In this document: one piece after another, positions 1 through 8,437 of the stretch
Numbering within the stretch: position 1 is the stretch's first letter
Layout of the letters: each line of letters begins with the position of its first letter
DNA from: an uncultured bacterium
Lineage (GTDB): Bacteria; Zixibacteria; MSB-5A5; JAABVY01; JAHJOQ01
Reading direction: 5' to 3'
Assembly (NCBI GenBank): GCA_965369655.1
Contig: CBDUQR010000020.1
Span: forward strand, 1-48,823
DNA length: 48,823 nucleotides
Made by a program: the position numbers and the translations under genes
Notes under the pieces: model-generated
What the model was told of the DNA's origin: nothing
The model's input: only the letters and a program-made list of their open reading frames with translations
The model's database searches: none

Positions 1-1249
1 AAGACCATACAAGTGGAAGAAAGTATAGCGGTATATATGTGTCACACCACTAGCGTTGAAGTTCCGCTGGGCTCTTCGTACGGTCAAACGATATCATCTG
101 GTGACATCAACGGTGATGGTCAGAATGACTTGGTGATCGGGGGTCCCTATACTGATTTACCAATCCTCGGTTCTTTCTGGGTTTACTATGGAGGCGATCT
201 TCTCGATACAGTTCTTGATGAACGGATTAATATCTACAACACGTATCAAGGCTATAATGATTTCTACTGTGGCGCAGGTTTGGGAGACATCAACGGTGAC
301 GGCTTACATGATCTGGCCTGGGGGGGGGATCCCCGGGACTGGTAAACCCGGTTATGTAGCTATAATATTCGGAGGTTCGCCGCTAGACTCACTACCTGAT
401 CTAACAATCTGGAGTCCCAATTGGGAACCTGGAGATCCGAATGGTTTTGGCAGGCACATCTGGCCCTTGGGTGACATAAATCGTGACGGATTCGATGACT
501 TTGCAGTTGGTGGTGACTACTGGCCATATTTGTTCCTCGGCGGTGACCCATTCGATACTATACCGGTTATTCTTGGAGACACAAACGATCTAACAACTAA
601 GGGTAAAATCGTTTCAGTCGTTGGAGATATCAACGATGATGGCTGGGATGATATTGGCGTAGGTTTCCCTGCGTATGCTCTCGGATGGGGGCTCGTGAAT
701 GTATACTATGGCTATCGAAACATCGACCTTACACCTGATCTCACGTTCTTCGGTAGTGAAGCCTGGCCCGTGGCTGGCTATGACTATGGTAATTACCTTG
801 GACCTGCTGGCGACTTCAACGGTGATGGTGTTGATGACTTGGTCATCTGTTCTGAAGCCAACTTTTCCGGTGTGCCAGATAATGGCAATGTGTATGTTTA
901 TGCTGGTGACTCAAATCTACCCACACCCGCTGACGAAATTCGCGATGACAATGTTCTACCTCAAGCCTACAATATCCTGAAACAGAACTATCCAAACCCA
1001 TTCAATGATAAGACTACCATCCGTTATGATCTGTGGGGTAATTATGAACGTTCCGTTGAGTTGGTTATCTACAACCTTCTTGGCGAACGAGTAAGAACAG
1101 TGATCTCAGGCCGTCAGCGTGGCGGCCAACATGTCGCCGATTGGAACGGCACTGACGACAAAGGGAATGCTGCACCTTCTGGAATCTACTTTTATGTCCT
1201 GAATGCTGACAATCAGCGCATTGTTAAGAAGATGTTGTTTCTGAAGTAG
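1..1249 (+). pseudogene. Secreted FG-GAP (integrin-like beta-propeller) repeat protein with C-terminal T9SS type A / FlgD-Ig-like domain; 5' end outside the window; frameshift at a G9 run (320-328)
   Basis: GDINGDG..DL repeats in the frame of ORF 13..345 continue in the frame of ORF 188..1249 (GDINRDGFDDF, GDINDDGWDDI, GDFNGDGVDDL). The C-terminus is QNYPNPFN...WNGTDDKGNAAPSGIYFY...KKMLFLK. Removing one G joins the frames (LAWGG|IPGTGKPG). Confidence 0.85.
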
Positions 1250-1259
1250 GTCAAGTTGA

Positions 1260-1325
1260 GTAGGGATGAACCCGCGAAGTCCTGAGCCCTGCGAAGGGTA
1301 GCGAAGCGGAGCGGTTCAGCCCTAC
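1260..1325. repeat. GTAG-type REP-like palindrome carrying a 24-bp insert (1275-1298)
   Basis: Arms are gtagggatgaacc...ggttcagccctac. Without 1275-1298 it matches the reverse complement of 31640-31680 at about 35/42 nt. Confidence 0.75.
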
Positions 1326-1331
1326 TGAAAG

Positions 1332-1377
1332 AGGGGCAGACCCTTCGAAGCTCAGGACTTGCGTGAGGTCTACCCCT
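1332..1377. repeat. REP-like palindrome containing an inverted TCCTGAGC..CGAAGGG module
   Basis: aggggcagacc...ggtctacccct inverted repeat; module cccttcgaagctcaggacttg at 1341-1361. Confidence 0.6.
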
Positions 1378-1432
1378 AACAGAATGTTTGTGCATGCCAC
1401 CCGAAGAGCATTGTCACTGCGATGCAATCGAA

Positions 1433-1463
1433 ATTAAGAAAGGCCAGTCGTGAAGACTGGCCT
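1433..1463 (-). terminator. Rho-independent terminator (minus strand)
   Basis: 9-bp stem aggccagtc/gactggcct, followed on the minus strand by TTCTTAAT. Confidence 0.65.
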
Positions 1464-1488
1464 GCGATTGATATCGTGTACCATGCGG

Positions 1489-1563
1489 TGCAGCGCGAGT
1501 TGTCAAACAAGGATGCAGTGCGCGTTGTCTAACAAGAATGCAGTGCATGTTGTCAGTACCATC
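1489..1563. repeat. About three degenerate 25-bp tandem repeats
   Basis: tgcagcgcgagttgtcaaacaagga / tgcagtgcgcgttgtctaacaagaa / tgcagtgcatgttgtcagtaccatc. Confidence 0.7.
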
Positions 1564-1766
1564 ATCAATGCACTGTACACAACATGATAAAATATGGGTG
1601 AGTTCGTTTATCCCAAGCTGAATTATGATCGGATTATCCCCTACATAATGCACTTTGTACCTAAATGATCCGGCAAATGGTAAGGATGTCGGGATTACAC
1701 GGAGTAAATCTGTATGTCTTTGCGTATCACAGAATAAGCTGAATCCTCACGATGTTGCAGAATGCT

Positions 1767-2399
1767 TCAGTCATCGCTGTGTACTGTCACGCCGCCGGGG
1801 GTGAATTCCGGATAGAGCTGTGTTCCGAGCAGGTCGGACGCCTGGAGTTCCTCGGGATTGTAGTAGTAGCGACGGGGTCCGAAGCAGAGCGAATCGAAAA
1901 CGTAGGCCGTGTCGAGTTCAGTGAATCCGTCCTTCGCAAACGGGCTGACCGAAAACCAGACGGTCGCCAGCAGCCCGCCCGGATCGTAGATCATCGGAAT
2001 CGGCTCTGTGATAGTGGGCAGAACAAGAATGCGCACGAGGCTCGAATCGTAACAGTATGTGGCGGTGCTGATCTGATCGGGATTGACGACCGATCCGCGA
2101 AATGTAACTGAGTCAGGGAAGAGGCTGCCTGCGGAGTATATCAGTGGAACGATGATCGAAGTGACGGGGAAATCATTCTCCATCAATATCCTGACAGGCA
2201 CATGCGATCCGGGTGTGGCATCAGTCGAATCGACAGTCACGCTGATATGTTCGGCCTGTCCTGCATGCGGGGCGAATGTCAGCAGTACGAGTGCGATAGC
2301 CGTTGCAATCGCTGATCTGTATCTATATCCCAGGGATGCTCCATATCTTCCTTCGTCACGGTCGGCTGTTTTCATTCGGTCCGCACTCATTATCATCAT
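1767..2399 (-). CDS. Secreted cohesin-domain protein
   Basis: Signal-like stretch (AIATAIALVLLTFAPHAGQA), then VTVDSTDATPGSHVPVRI...PLIYS...DSVTFRGS...GLLATVWFSV...FTPGGVTV, a cohesin-like beta-sandwich pattern. Exact start uncertain. Confidence 0.7.
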   Translation of the reverse strand: MMIMSADRMKTADRDEGRYGASLGYRYRSAIATAIALVLLTFAPHAGQAEHISVTVDSTDATPGSHVPVRILMENDFPVTSIIVPLIYSAGSLFPDSVTFRGSVVNPDQISTATYCYDSSLVRILVLPTITEPIPMIYDPGGLLATVWFSVSPFAKDGFTELDTAYVFDSLCFGPRRYYYNPEELQASDLLGTQLYPEFTPGGVTVHSDD

Positions 2400-2549
2400 A
2401 CGTACTTATCGGACTTATGTTTGTTCCATATTTGCGGAAAATCAATTGATTTTTCAAGAGTTAAGGGTCATTTTGTCGAAACAGTATGATGGACATGGTC
2501 CACGTGAGATTTTGGCGGTATAATATCTCTGTAGAATAAGGAGTTGATA

Positions 2550-4112
2550 ATGAGATACTGGTTGTTACTTGCTGCTTTGATTCTGCTTGCCGGCTCTGTG
2601 CGTGCGGAAGATGTTAACGAACGGTTTGCCTCGTACGTGAACGCGCTCATAGATGAGAATTACCAGGAGGCTGCCGATTACTGGCACCCACAATATTTGG
2701 AGACATGCGATCGGCTCGGAATTACATATCGCGGAGACAAATTCAAGTATGATTGCCAGTCGCCGTTGATGGAGAATCTCGATCTCATCAGGAGCGGTGC
2801 GGCAAACTGGAGCATCGCATCGACACGGATCGATCCGGATCATCACAAGATTCTTGTCACGATCTCGTCGCCTGATACGGAGTTGACCTGCGAGTACTTT
2901 CTTCAGACCGACGACGACGGTTCTTATTTCGTGCCTCGTTTCTGGCTGTATCTGTACAATCTCAGCATGGTCAAGACGCGGTATTTCGATGTTTTCTACC
3001 GCAGCGAGAAGCAGGTGAACGATTTCGCACTCTATGATCTCGATCAGGCGGTGGAAAGATTCGCGGCAATCTGCAATGTGACGAGTGACAAACTTAAGTA
3101 TCTCGAAGAGCAACGCATGGAGTATTTCCTGGCGGAGACAGCGAACGAGGTCGCCGAACTTCTCGGATTCCCGAGCCAGGGGACATATCTGAAGGCATCC
3201 GATATAGTGATCAGCCGGTACCTCCCGGACTATCACGAGATCGCGCGATTCATGGTAAGCTATACGCAGGACGTCGGCCTGTATGTCGAGCCGTTCATGG
3301 AACGAGGACTGGCGTGCATGCTCGGCGGGCGATTCGGCCAGTCGAAATACGTGATGCCTCAGATCGCGGGGTTTACTCTCACCAACGATATATACTCGTT
3401 CGACAACATCCTGACATTTGACGCATTCCACAACGAAGTCGGCAACATCGATTTCTCCTTCCCGCTGTCGCTCTGTATGATCGAATATATAACTGAACAA
3501 TTCACGATATCGAAAACGCTTGCCGCACTCTCCAGACTCTCCGGCGATGCAGTGGAGATCGATGATTTCAGCGCTGATGATGTCAAAGCCGTCCTGACTG
3601 AAGTTACGGGACAGAGTTGGGAAGAGATCGAGGCAGGAGCGCGACAATGGGCGACATCCGATCCGTTCCCGAATCTCAAGCCGGGCACGGCGTCGGATTC
3701 CGGCGAGGTCATGTTCGAATCGGGCACAGGGAGATTTCTTGTCAGGATCACTCTCGCCGACGGCTGGTATAATGTTTTTATCAAGCAGTTCGACGCCGGT
3801 ACTGATCTGAGCGGAGCGATGCTGATGTCGGGTCAACTCGGCGTGAAATACAGACGCTACAAATCGTTCATGTTCAGCGAGCATTTTCCTGACAGGGGGC
3901 ATGTGAGCGAGATGTATTCGCTCATGTTCAACGGGAGCGAGGTCGGAATCTACGATTATCAGACGAACAGGCTCGTCGCCAAGTATGTATCAGGATTCGA
4001 TACTGAGCCTCGATTGATGAAGGATAAAGAGATAAGATTCCGCTTCAGAGAGGATGTCCTTCGGGACCGCATGGATCGTTACACATGCAGACTTCACATC
4101 GAATCCAACTGA
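2550..4112 (+). CDS. Secreted hypothetical protein with a degenerate peptidase MA (gluzincin)-like middle region
   Basis: TAAGGAG RBS before ATG 2550; signal peptide MRYWLLLAALILLAGSVRA; HEIAR and FMERGLA resemble the HExxH and ExGLA motifs. Confidence 0.75.
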   Translation: MRYWLLLAALILLAGSVRAEDVNERFASYVNALIDENYQEAADYWHPQYLETCDRLGITYRGDKFKYDCQSPLMENLDLIRSGAANWSIASTRIDPDHHKILVTISSPDTELTCEYFLQTDDDGSYFVPRFWLYLYNLSMVKTRYFDVFYRSEKQVNDFALYDLDQAVERFAAICNVTSDKLKYLEEQRMEYFLAETANEVAELLGFPSQGTYLKASDIVISRYLPDYHEIARFMVSYTQDVGLYVEPFMERGLACMLGGRFGQSKYVMPQIAGFTLTNDIYSFDNILTFDAFHNEVGNIDFSFPLSLCMIEYITEQFTISKTLAALSRLSGDAVEIDDFSADDVKAVLTEVTGQSWEEIEAGARQWATSDPFPNLKPGTASDSGEVMFESGTGRFLVRITLADGWYNVFIKQFDAGTDLSGAMLMSGQLGVKYRRYKSFMFSEHFPDRGHVSEMYSLMFNGSEVGIYDYQTNRLVAKYVSGFDTEPRLMKDKEIRFRFREDVLRDRMDRYTCRLHIESN

Positions 4113-4149
4113 GACGGGCAATTTCAAACTGACTGCGAGAGGAGAGACG

Positions 4150-4776
4150 ATGGATCTGCTGAATCCTCGAATAGCCGAATATATAGCTGGCCTGCCGGGG
4201 ACGAGTCCGTCGCCGCTCGATGAGATGGAAGATTACGCCCGTGAGAATGGATTCCCGATAATCGGGCCGCTGGTCGGACGCATACTACAGCAACTCGTGG
4301 TTATGATACGCGCAAAGCGAGTGTTTGAGCTTGGGTCAGGTTATGGATACTCCGCGCTCTGGATGTCGATTGTGCTGCCAGACGACGGCAGAGTAATCTG
4401 TACCGATACCGATGAAAACAACGAGAAGATGGCGAAGGAGTATTTCTTTCGCGCCGGACTCGCAGCAAAGCTCGATTTCAGGAGGGGGGATGCGATCACC
4501 GAATTCGAGAAGGAATCGGGACCGTTCGATCTGATCCTGAACGACATTGACAAAGAAGGCTACCCCGACACGATCAAGCCTGTGAAAGAACGGCTTCGTT
4601 CGGGCGGAGTGTTCGTGACAGATAATCTTCTCTGGAGCGGGCGTGTGATCGAACCGAATCCGCACGAGTCGACGCGCGGGATACTGAAATTCACGAAAGA
4701 ACTCTACAACGATCCCGACTTTCTTGTGAGTATCCTTCCAGTGAGGGATGGCATCGCAGTGGCGGTGAAGAAGTAA
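4150..4776 (+). CDS. Class I SAM-dependent O-methyltransferase (caffeoyl-CoA OMT / YrrM-like family)
   Basis: VFELGSGYGYS, FDLILNDIDK, DNLLWSG and LPVRDGI motifs; GAGGAG RBS upstream of ATG 4150. Confidence 0.9.
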   Translation: MDLLNPRIAEYIAGLPGTSPSPLDEMEDYARENGFPIIGPLVGRILQQLVVMIRAKRVFELGSGYGYSALWMSIVLPDDGRVICTDTDENNEKMAKEYFFRAGLAAKLDFRRGDAITEFEKESGPFDLILNDIDKEGYPDTIKPVKERLRSGGVFVTDNLLWSGRVIEPNPHESTRGILKFTKELYNDPDFLVSILPVRDGIAVAVKK

Positions 4777-4831
4777 AGGCGGTTAGCGCAATGTATTCAC
4801 TATTTGAATGCGGAAAGGTTTGTAATACGTA

Positions 4832-5536
4832 ATGCTCAAGTTCCCAGACTGGTTCAGGAAGCTGTGGTGGGCCTTGTTGCTCATCGGATTTACAGCAGTT
4901 GTCATATACAGGATCGATGGATTTCTAGCTGGGACAAGCTCCATTTCTGATAATCTTGTCCTTGTCATTTGGATTCTGCTATGGCTGGCACCGGTTTTTA
5001 CAGAAGTTGATCTCTTTGGCGTGAAATTCAAACAGGAAGTTGATTCTATGCGAACTGAATTTCGCGACAGATTCCTCGATATAAGAAGCGAAATTCAGAA
5101 CTCGATAAGTGTCAGCCCGCGCTTTTATTTAGGACTACCTCCGACTTCAAGCGAATTGGAGAACTTGAAGGAGCAGTTTGCAGAACTGAAGGAAAAGCAG
5201 CCTGTGGAGGAAATTGCTGATAGGAGTTCTGAGAAACTTCAATTACCACAGACTGTCAGCGAACCATTTGCGGCAAGGTACTATCTTGAGAACGAACTCA
5301 GGCGTATTGGTTTATCACGAGAAGGAATTATTTGGGCTAATCGGTCTTCAATTATCCAAATAGTAATTGAACTGGAAAGAAGTCAAGTTATCGACAAGCA
5401 ATTGGCTGATGCTGTGGCAGCTGTAATTAGAATAGCCAATGCAGCCATGCATGGGGCGGACATATCTGACGACCAACTACAGTTAGTTAGAAGTACTACC
5501 CCCTTCTTATTGTCAACATTGTCTCGTATCACTTAA
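4832..5536 (+). CDS. Hypothetical membrane protein: two N-terminal TM helices and a possible HEPN/DUF4145-like C-terminal domain
   Basis: Two hydrophobic helices; RYYLENELRR and IRIANAAMHG (R-x6-H); visibly more AT-rich than its neighbours. Confidence 0.7.
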   Translation: MLKFPDWFRKLWWALLLIGFTAVVIYRIDGFLAGTSSISDNLVLVIWILLWLAPVFTEVDLFGVKFKQEVDSMRTEFRDRFLDIRSEIQNSISVSPRFYLGLPPTSSELENLKEQFAELKEKQPVEEIADRSSEKLQLPQTVSEPFAARYYLENELRRIGLSREGIIWANRSSIIQIVIELERSQVIDKQLADAVAAVIRIANAAMHGADISDDQLQLVRSTTPFLLSTLSRIT

Positions 5537-5579
5537 CACTCGTGCTCTTGCGAAATGGCACCTTGTGTCTCGTTTTCAA

Positions 5580-5608
5580 TTGACAATAAACGCCTGCATC
5601 AATATCAT
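5580..5608 (+). promoter_or_regulatory. Sigma70-type promoter upstream of ETF-QO
   Basis: TTGACA-N17-TATCAT. Confidence 0.65.
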
Positions 5609-5645
5609 CATTTAATGAGTCAATTAGTGCTTCATAAGGAAGCAC

Positions 5646-5719
5646 TGTCATTCCCGCGCAGGCGGGAATCTATTGAATACGTTTTCGTTAAATGGACTCC
5701 CGCCTTCGCGGGAGTGACA
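5646..5719. repeat. Double-hairpin repeat (ATTCCC-N8-GGGAAT, dRS3/CGTC-REP-like), copy 1
   Basis: gtcattcccgcgcaggcgggaatc ... ctcccgccttcgcgggagtgac. It is 65/72 identical to the copy at 25732-25827 once that copy's insert is removed. Confidence 0.8.
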
Positions 5720-5819
5720 CAATCAGTATCCTATTGGGCGGCAGCTGTCGGAATGCGGCAGATCAGGAGGTATGCCAGCCACGATTTATGAAAACATAGC
5801 ATCATGCATGAGGTGATAG

Positions 5820-7526
5820 ATGGAAGATATTGAACGTGAAGTCCTCGAAGTTGATGTGCTGATCGTCGGCGCGGGACCTGCCGGACTGGCCTGCGCATAT
5901 CGGCTCAAAGAGCTGATCGATAAGCATGAAGAGAAACGAGCTTCGGGTGAATCATCATCCGACAAAGACATGTCCGAGACGATGATCGCTGTGATCGAGA
6001 AGGGCGCGCATGTCGGAGCGCATTCGCTTTCCGGCGCGGTGATGGACCCGAAAGGCATTACGGAACTCATACCCGATTACAAAGAGCAGGGTGCGCCTCT
6101 GGAGCCTGCCGTCGAGGATGATACGCTCTACTACCTTACGAAAACCGGCAAGATCGCGGCACCGTGGCTCCCGAGCGAGATGCACAATCATGGGTTGAAT
6201 ATCATTTCGCTCAATCGTTTTGTGTCGTGGCTTGGAGAGAAGGTCGAGGAGAGGGAAGTCGATATCCTGACGGGAGTCGGCGGCTTTGAAATGCTGTACG
6301 ACGGCAATGCAGTCATTGGCGTTCGCACCGATGATAAGAGTCGCGGCAAAGAAGGCAACCCGAAAGATAATTTCGAGCCGGGCGCCGATATTCAGGCGAA
6401 GGTGACTGTGCTCGCCGAAGGCGTCCGTGGATCTCTGACGAAGGCGCATGTGACGAAGCTCAATCTTGACGACGGCAGAAATCCACAGTCGCACGTTACA
6501 GGCGTCAAGGAGGTCTGGGAGGTTCCGGAAGGGCGTTTCACCAAGGGGACAGTTATTCATACTCTCGGATTTCCGCTTGACACAAGGACTTTCGGCGGCG
6601 GGTTCATGTATACGATGAACAACAACCAGCTTGCGGTCGGGTTTGTTGTCGGGTTGAATTATCGCAATCCTCTGACCGATCCGCACAACCTGTTCTCGAA
6701 GTTCAAGACGCACCCATTCGTGAAGTCGATCCTCGAAGGCGGCAAGATGCTTCGCTATGGTGCGAAGGTCATCCCCGAAGGGGGATACTTCTCGATGCCC
6801 AGGATGTACGGCGACGGGTTCCTGATCGCCGGCGATTCAGCCGGATTCCTGAATTCGCAGCGACTTAAAGGTATACATCTTGCTATCAAGTCGGGCATCA
6901 TGGCTGCGCAGACAATCTTCGATGGACTCCTCGCCGACGATTTCTCCGAGCAGAAGATGAAATCGTACGACGATTCGTTCCGGAAATCCTGGGCGAAGGA
7001 AGAGCTCTACAAGGTCAGGAATTTCCATCAAGGTTTCGACGACGGCCTGTTCACGGGAATGTTTCATACCGGCCTGCAGATGGTGACGGGCGGCAAAGGC
7101 ACCCGCGAGAAGTACGAGATCGAAGAAGATCACAAACACATGAAAACTGTGAAGCGCTACTTCGGTGAGGCGAAAGTCGATCCGAAGCAGGAGCGTATCT
7201 CGCACGATGGCAAGCTGACCTGGAACAAACTCGACAGTATTTATTACTCAGGCACCAAGCACGAGGAGGACCAGCCGCCGCACCTTGTGATCACCGATTA
7301 CGACATTTGTAACACTAAATGTGTTGAGGAATTCGGCAACCCGTGTCAGCATTTCTGCCCCGCCGTTGTCTATGAAATGGAAGAGGATGAGACTGGTAAC
7401 TTAAAGCTTAAGTTGAACCCATCGAACTGTGTTCACTGCAAGACCTGCGACATCGTGGACCCATACGGAATCATCACATGGGTAGTGCCTGAAGGCGGCG
7501 GTGGCCCGAATTACGCAGATATGTAG
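5820..7526 (+). CDS. Electron transfer flavoprotein-quinone oxidoreductase (ETF-QO; FixC/FixX-like with C-terminal 4Fe-4S)
   Basis: DVLIVGAGPAG, GAHSLSGA, GDSAGFLN..RLKGIHLA, and C-terminal CPA..YE / NCVHCKTCDI..P...ITWVVPEGGGGP. Confidence 0.95.
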   Translation: MEDIEREVLEVDVLIVGAGPAGLACAYRLKELIDKHEEKRASGESSSDKDMSETMIAVIEKGAHVGAHSLSGAVMDPKGITELIPDYKEQGAPLEPAVEDDTLYYLTKTGKIAAPWLPSEMHNHGLNIISLNRFVSWLGEKVEEREVDILTGVGGFEMLYDGNAVIGVRTDDKSRGKEGNPKDNFEPGADIQAKVTVLAEGVRGSLTKAHVTKLNLDDGRNPQSHVTGVKEVWEVPEGRFTKGTVIHTLGFPLDTRTFGGGFMYTMNNNQLAVGFVVGLNYRNPLTDPHNLFSKFKTHPFVKSILEGGKMLRYGAKVIPEGGYFSMPRMYGDGFLIAGDSAGFLNSQRLKGIHLAIKSGIMAAQTIFDGLLADDFSEQKMKSYDDSFRKSWAKEELYKVRNFHQGFDDGLFTGMFHTGLQMVTGGKGTREKYEIEEDHKHMKTVKRYFGEAKVDPKQERISHDGKLTWNKLDSIYYSGTKHEEDQPPHLVITDYDICNTKCVEEFGNPCQHFCPAVVYEMEEDETGNLKLKLNPSNCVHCKTCDIVDPYGIITWVVPEGGGGPNYADM

Positions 7527-7641
7527 AATGACAGAAAATGTCCACAAAGTCCTGATTAACTCAAGCGGGAATGACGCTACTTTTTTCGCAAATATGATTA
7601 CTTACTTTTCACAACTTTGGGGACAACCTCGATACTGTTGC

Positions 7642-8433
7642 CTACAGCAGACCTTTCGTAAACCCGCCATCGATCTGGATGGTTGAGCCTGTGATGTATG
7701 CGGCTCTCTCAGATGCAAGAAACGCGACGAGATAGCCAATCTCTGCCGGCTCCGCGAGTCGATTCGCCGGAATCGCACGTTGCCACGAATTGAAAATCTG
7801 TCCAACTGATACTTTTGATGACTTTGAGAGTTCTTTCGCGAAGGTCTTGAGCCTGTCGGTCATTGTATAGCCGGGGCATAAGCAGTTGACAGTGATTCCG
7901 CGCGATGCGACTTCGGTTGCGAGTGTCTTGGAAAATCCGAGGACTCCTGCGCGTGTCGCATTCGACAGCATAAGATTGTCGAGCGGTTGTTTCGCTGAGA
8001 TCGACGTCATATTGATAATGCGGCCCCATCTCTTCTTTTTCATTGCGGGTAACACAAGGCGGCAGAGGTTGATCGTCGACATCAGGTTCAACTCGATGGC
8101 CCACTTAAAGTCGGACTCGTCGAGTTTGTCGAACGTACCGAGTGGAGGGCCTCCGGCGTTGCAGACGAGTATGTCGATGCGCTTGAACTGGTCCTTTACA
8201 GTCTGGACGAGATTCTCGATCTGTTTCTTGTTCGTGACGTCAGCCTTGACAGCCATAACTTTCCCGCCGGTCGCCTGTCCGATCTCAGTGGCCGTCTGCT
8301 TGAGTGGCGTCATGTTTCTGGCGCAAATCGCGACATTACATCCCTCTGCGGAAAGCTCGCTGGCGATTGCCTTTCCGAGCCCTTTCGAGGCTGCGGTCAC
8401 GAGTGCGGTCTTGCCTTTGAGTCCAAGGTCCAT
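7642..8433 (-). CDS. Short-chain dehydrogenase/reductase (FabG-like, atypical subgroup)
   Basis: MDLGLKGKTALVTAASKGLG, CNAGGPP, LSNATRAG, YITGSTIQIDGG. Confidence 0.92.
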   Translation of the reverse strand: MDLGLKGKTALVTAASKGLGKAIASELSAEGCNVAICARNMTPLKQTATEIGQATGGKVMAVKADVTNKKQIENLVQTVKDQFKRIDILVCNAGGPPLGTFDKLDESDFKWAIELNLMSTINLCRLVLPAMKKKRWGRIINMTSISAKQPLDNLMLSNATRAGVLGFSKTLATEVASRGITVNCLCPGYTMTDRLKTFAKELSKSSKVSVGQIFNSWQRAIPANRLAEPAEIGYLVAFLASERAAYITGSTIQIDGGFTKGLL

Positions 8434-8437
8434 CTTG

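Noticed and set aside
1489-1563. Possible mini-CRISPR or type III toxin-antitoxin repeat array
   Set aside because: Units are contiguous without unique spacers, no cas genes are present, and no toxin ORF follows the terminator.
1213-1653. Short minus-strand ORFs 1213-1395 and 1414-1653
   Set aside because: They run through REP-like hairpins, non-triplet repeats and a terminator; no RBS or motif support.
2565-3902. 445-aa antisense ORF
   Set aside because: Lies wholly opposite a well-formed gene with RBS and signal peptide; a shadow ORF from codon bias.
4782-5580. Possible integron cassette (GTTAG upstream, ACTTAAC over the stop codon)
   Set aside because: No attC-like palindrome or matching GTTRRRY follows, and there is no integrase in the window.
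5555-5791. 78-aa ORF containing SFPRRRES/TPAFAGVT
   Set aside because: It is a translation of the palindromic repeat and promoter region, not a credible gene.
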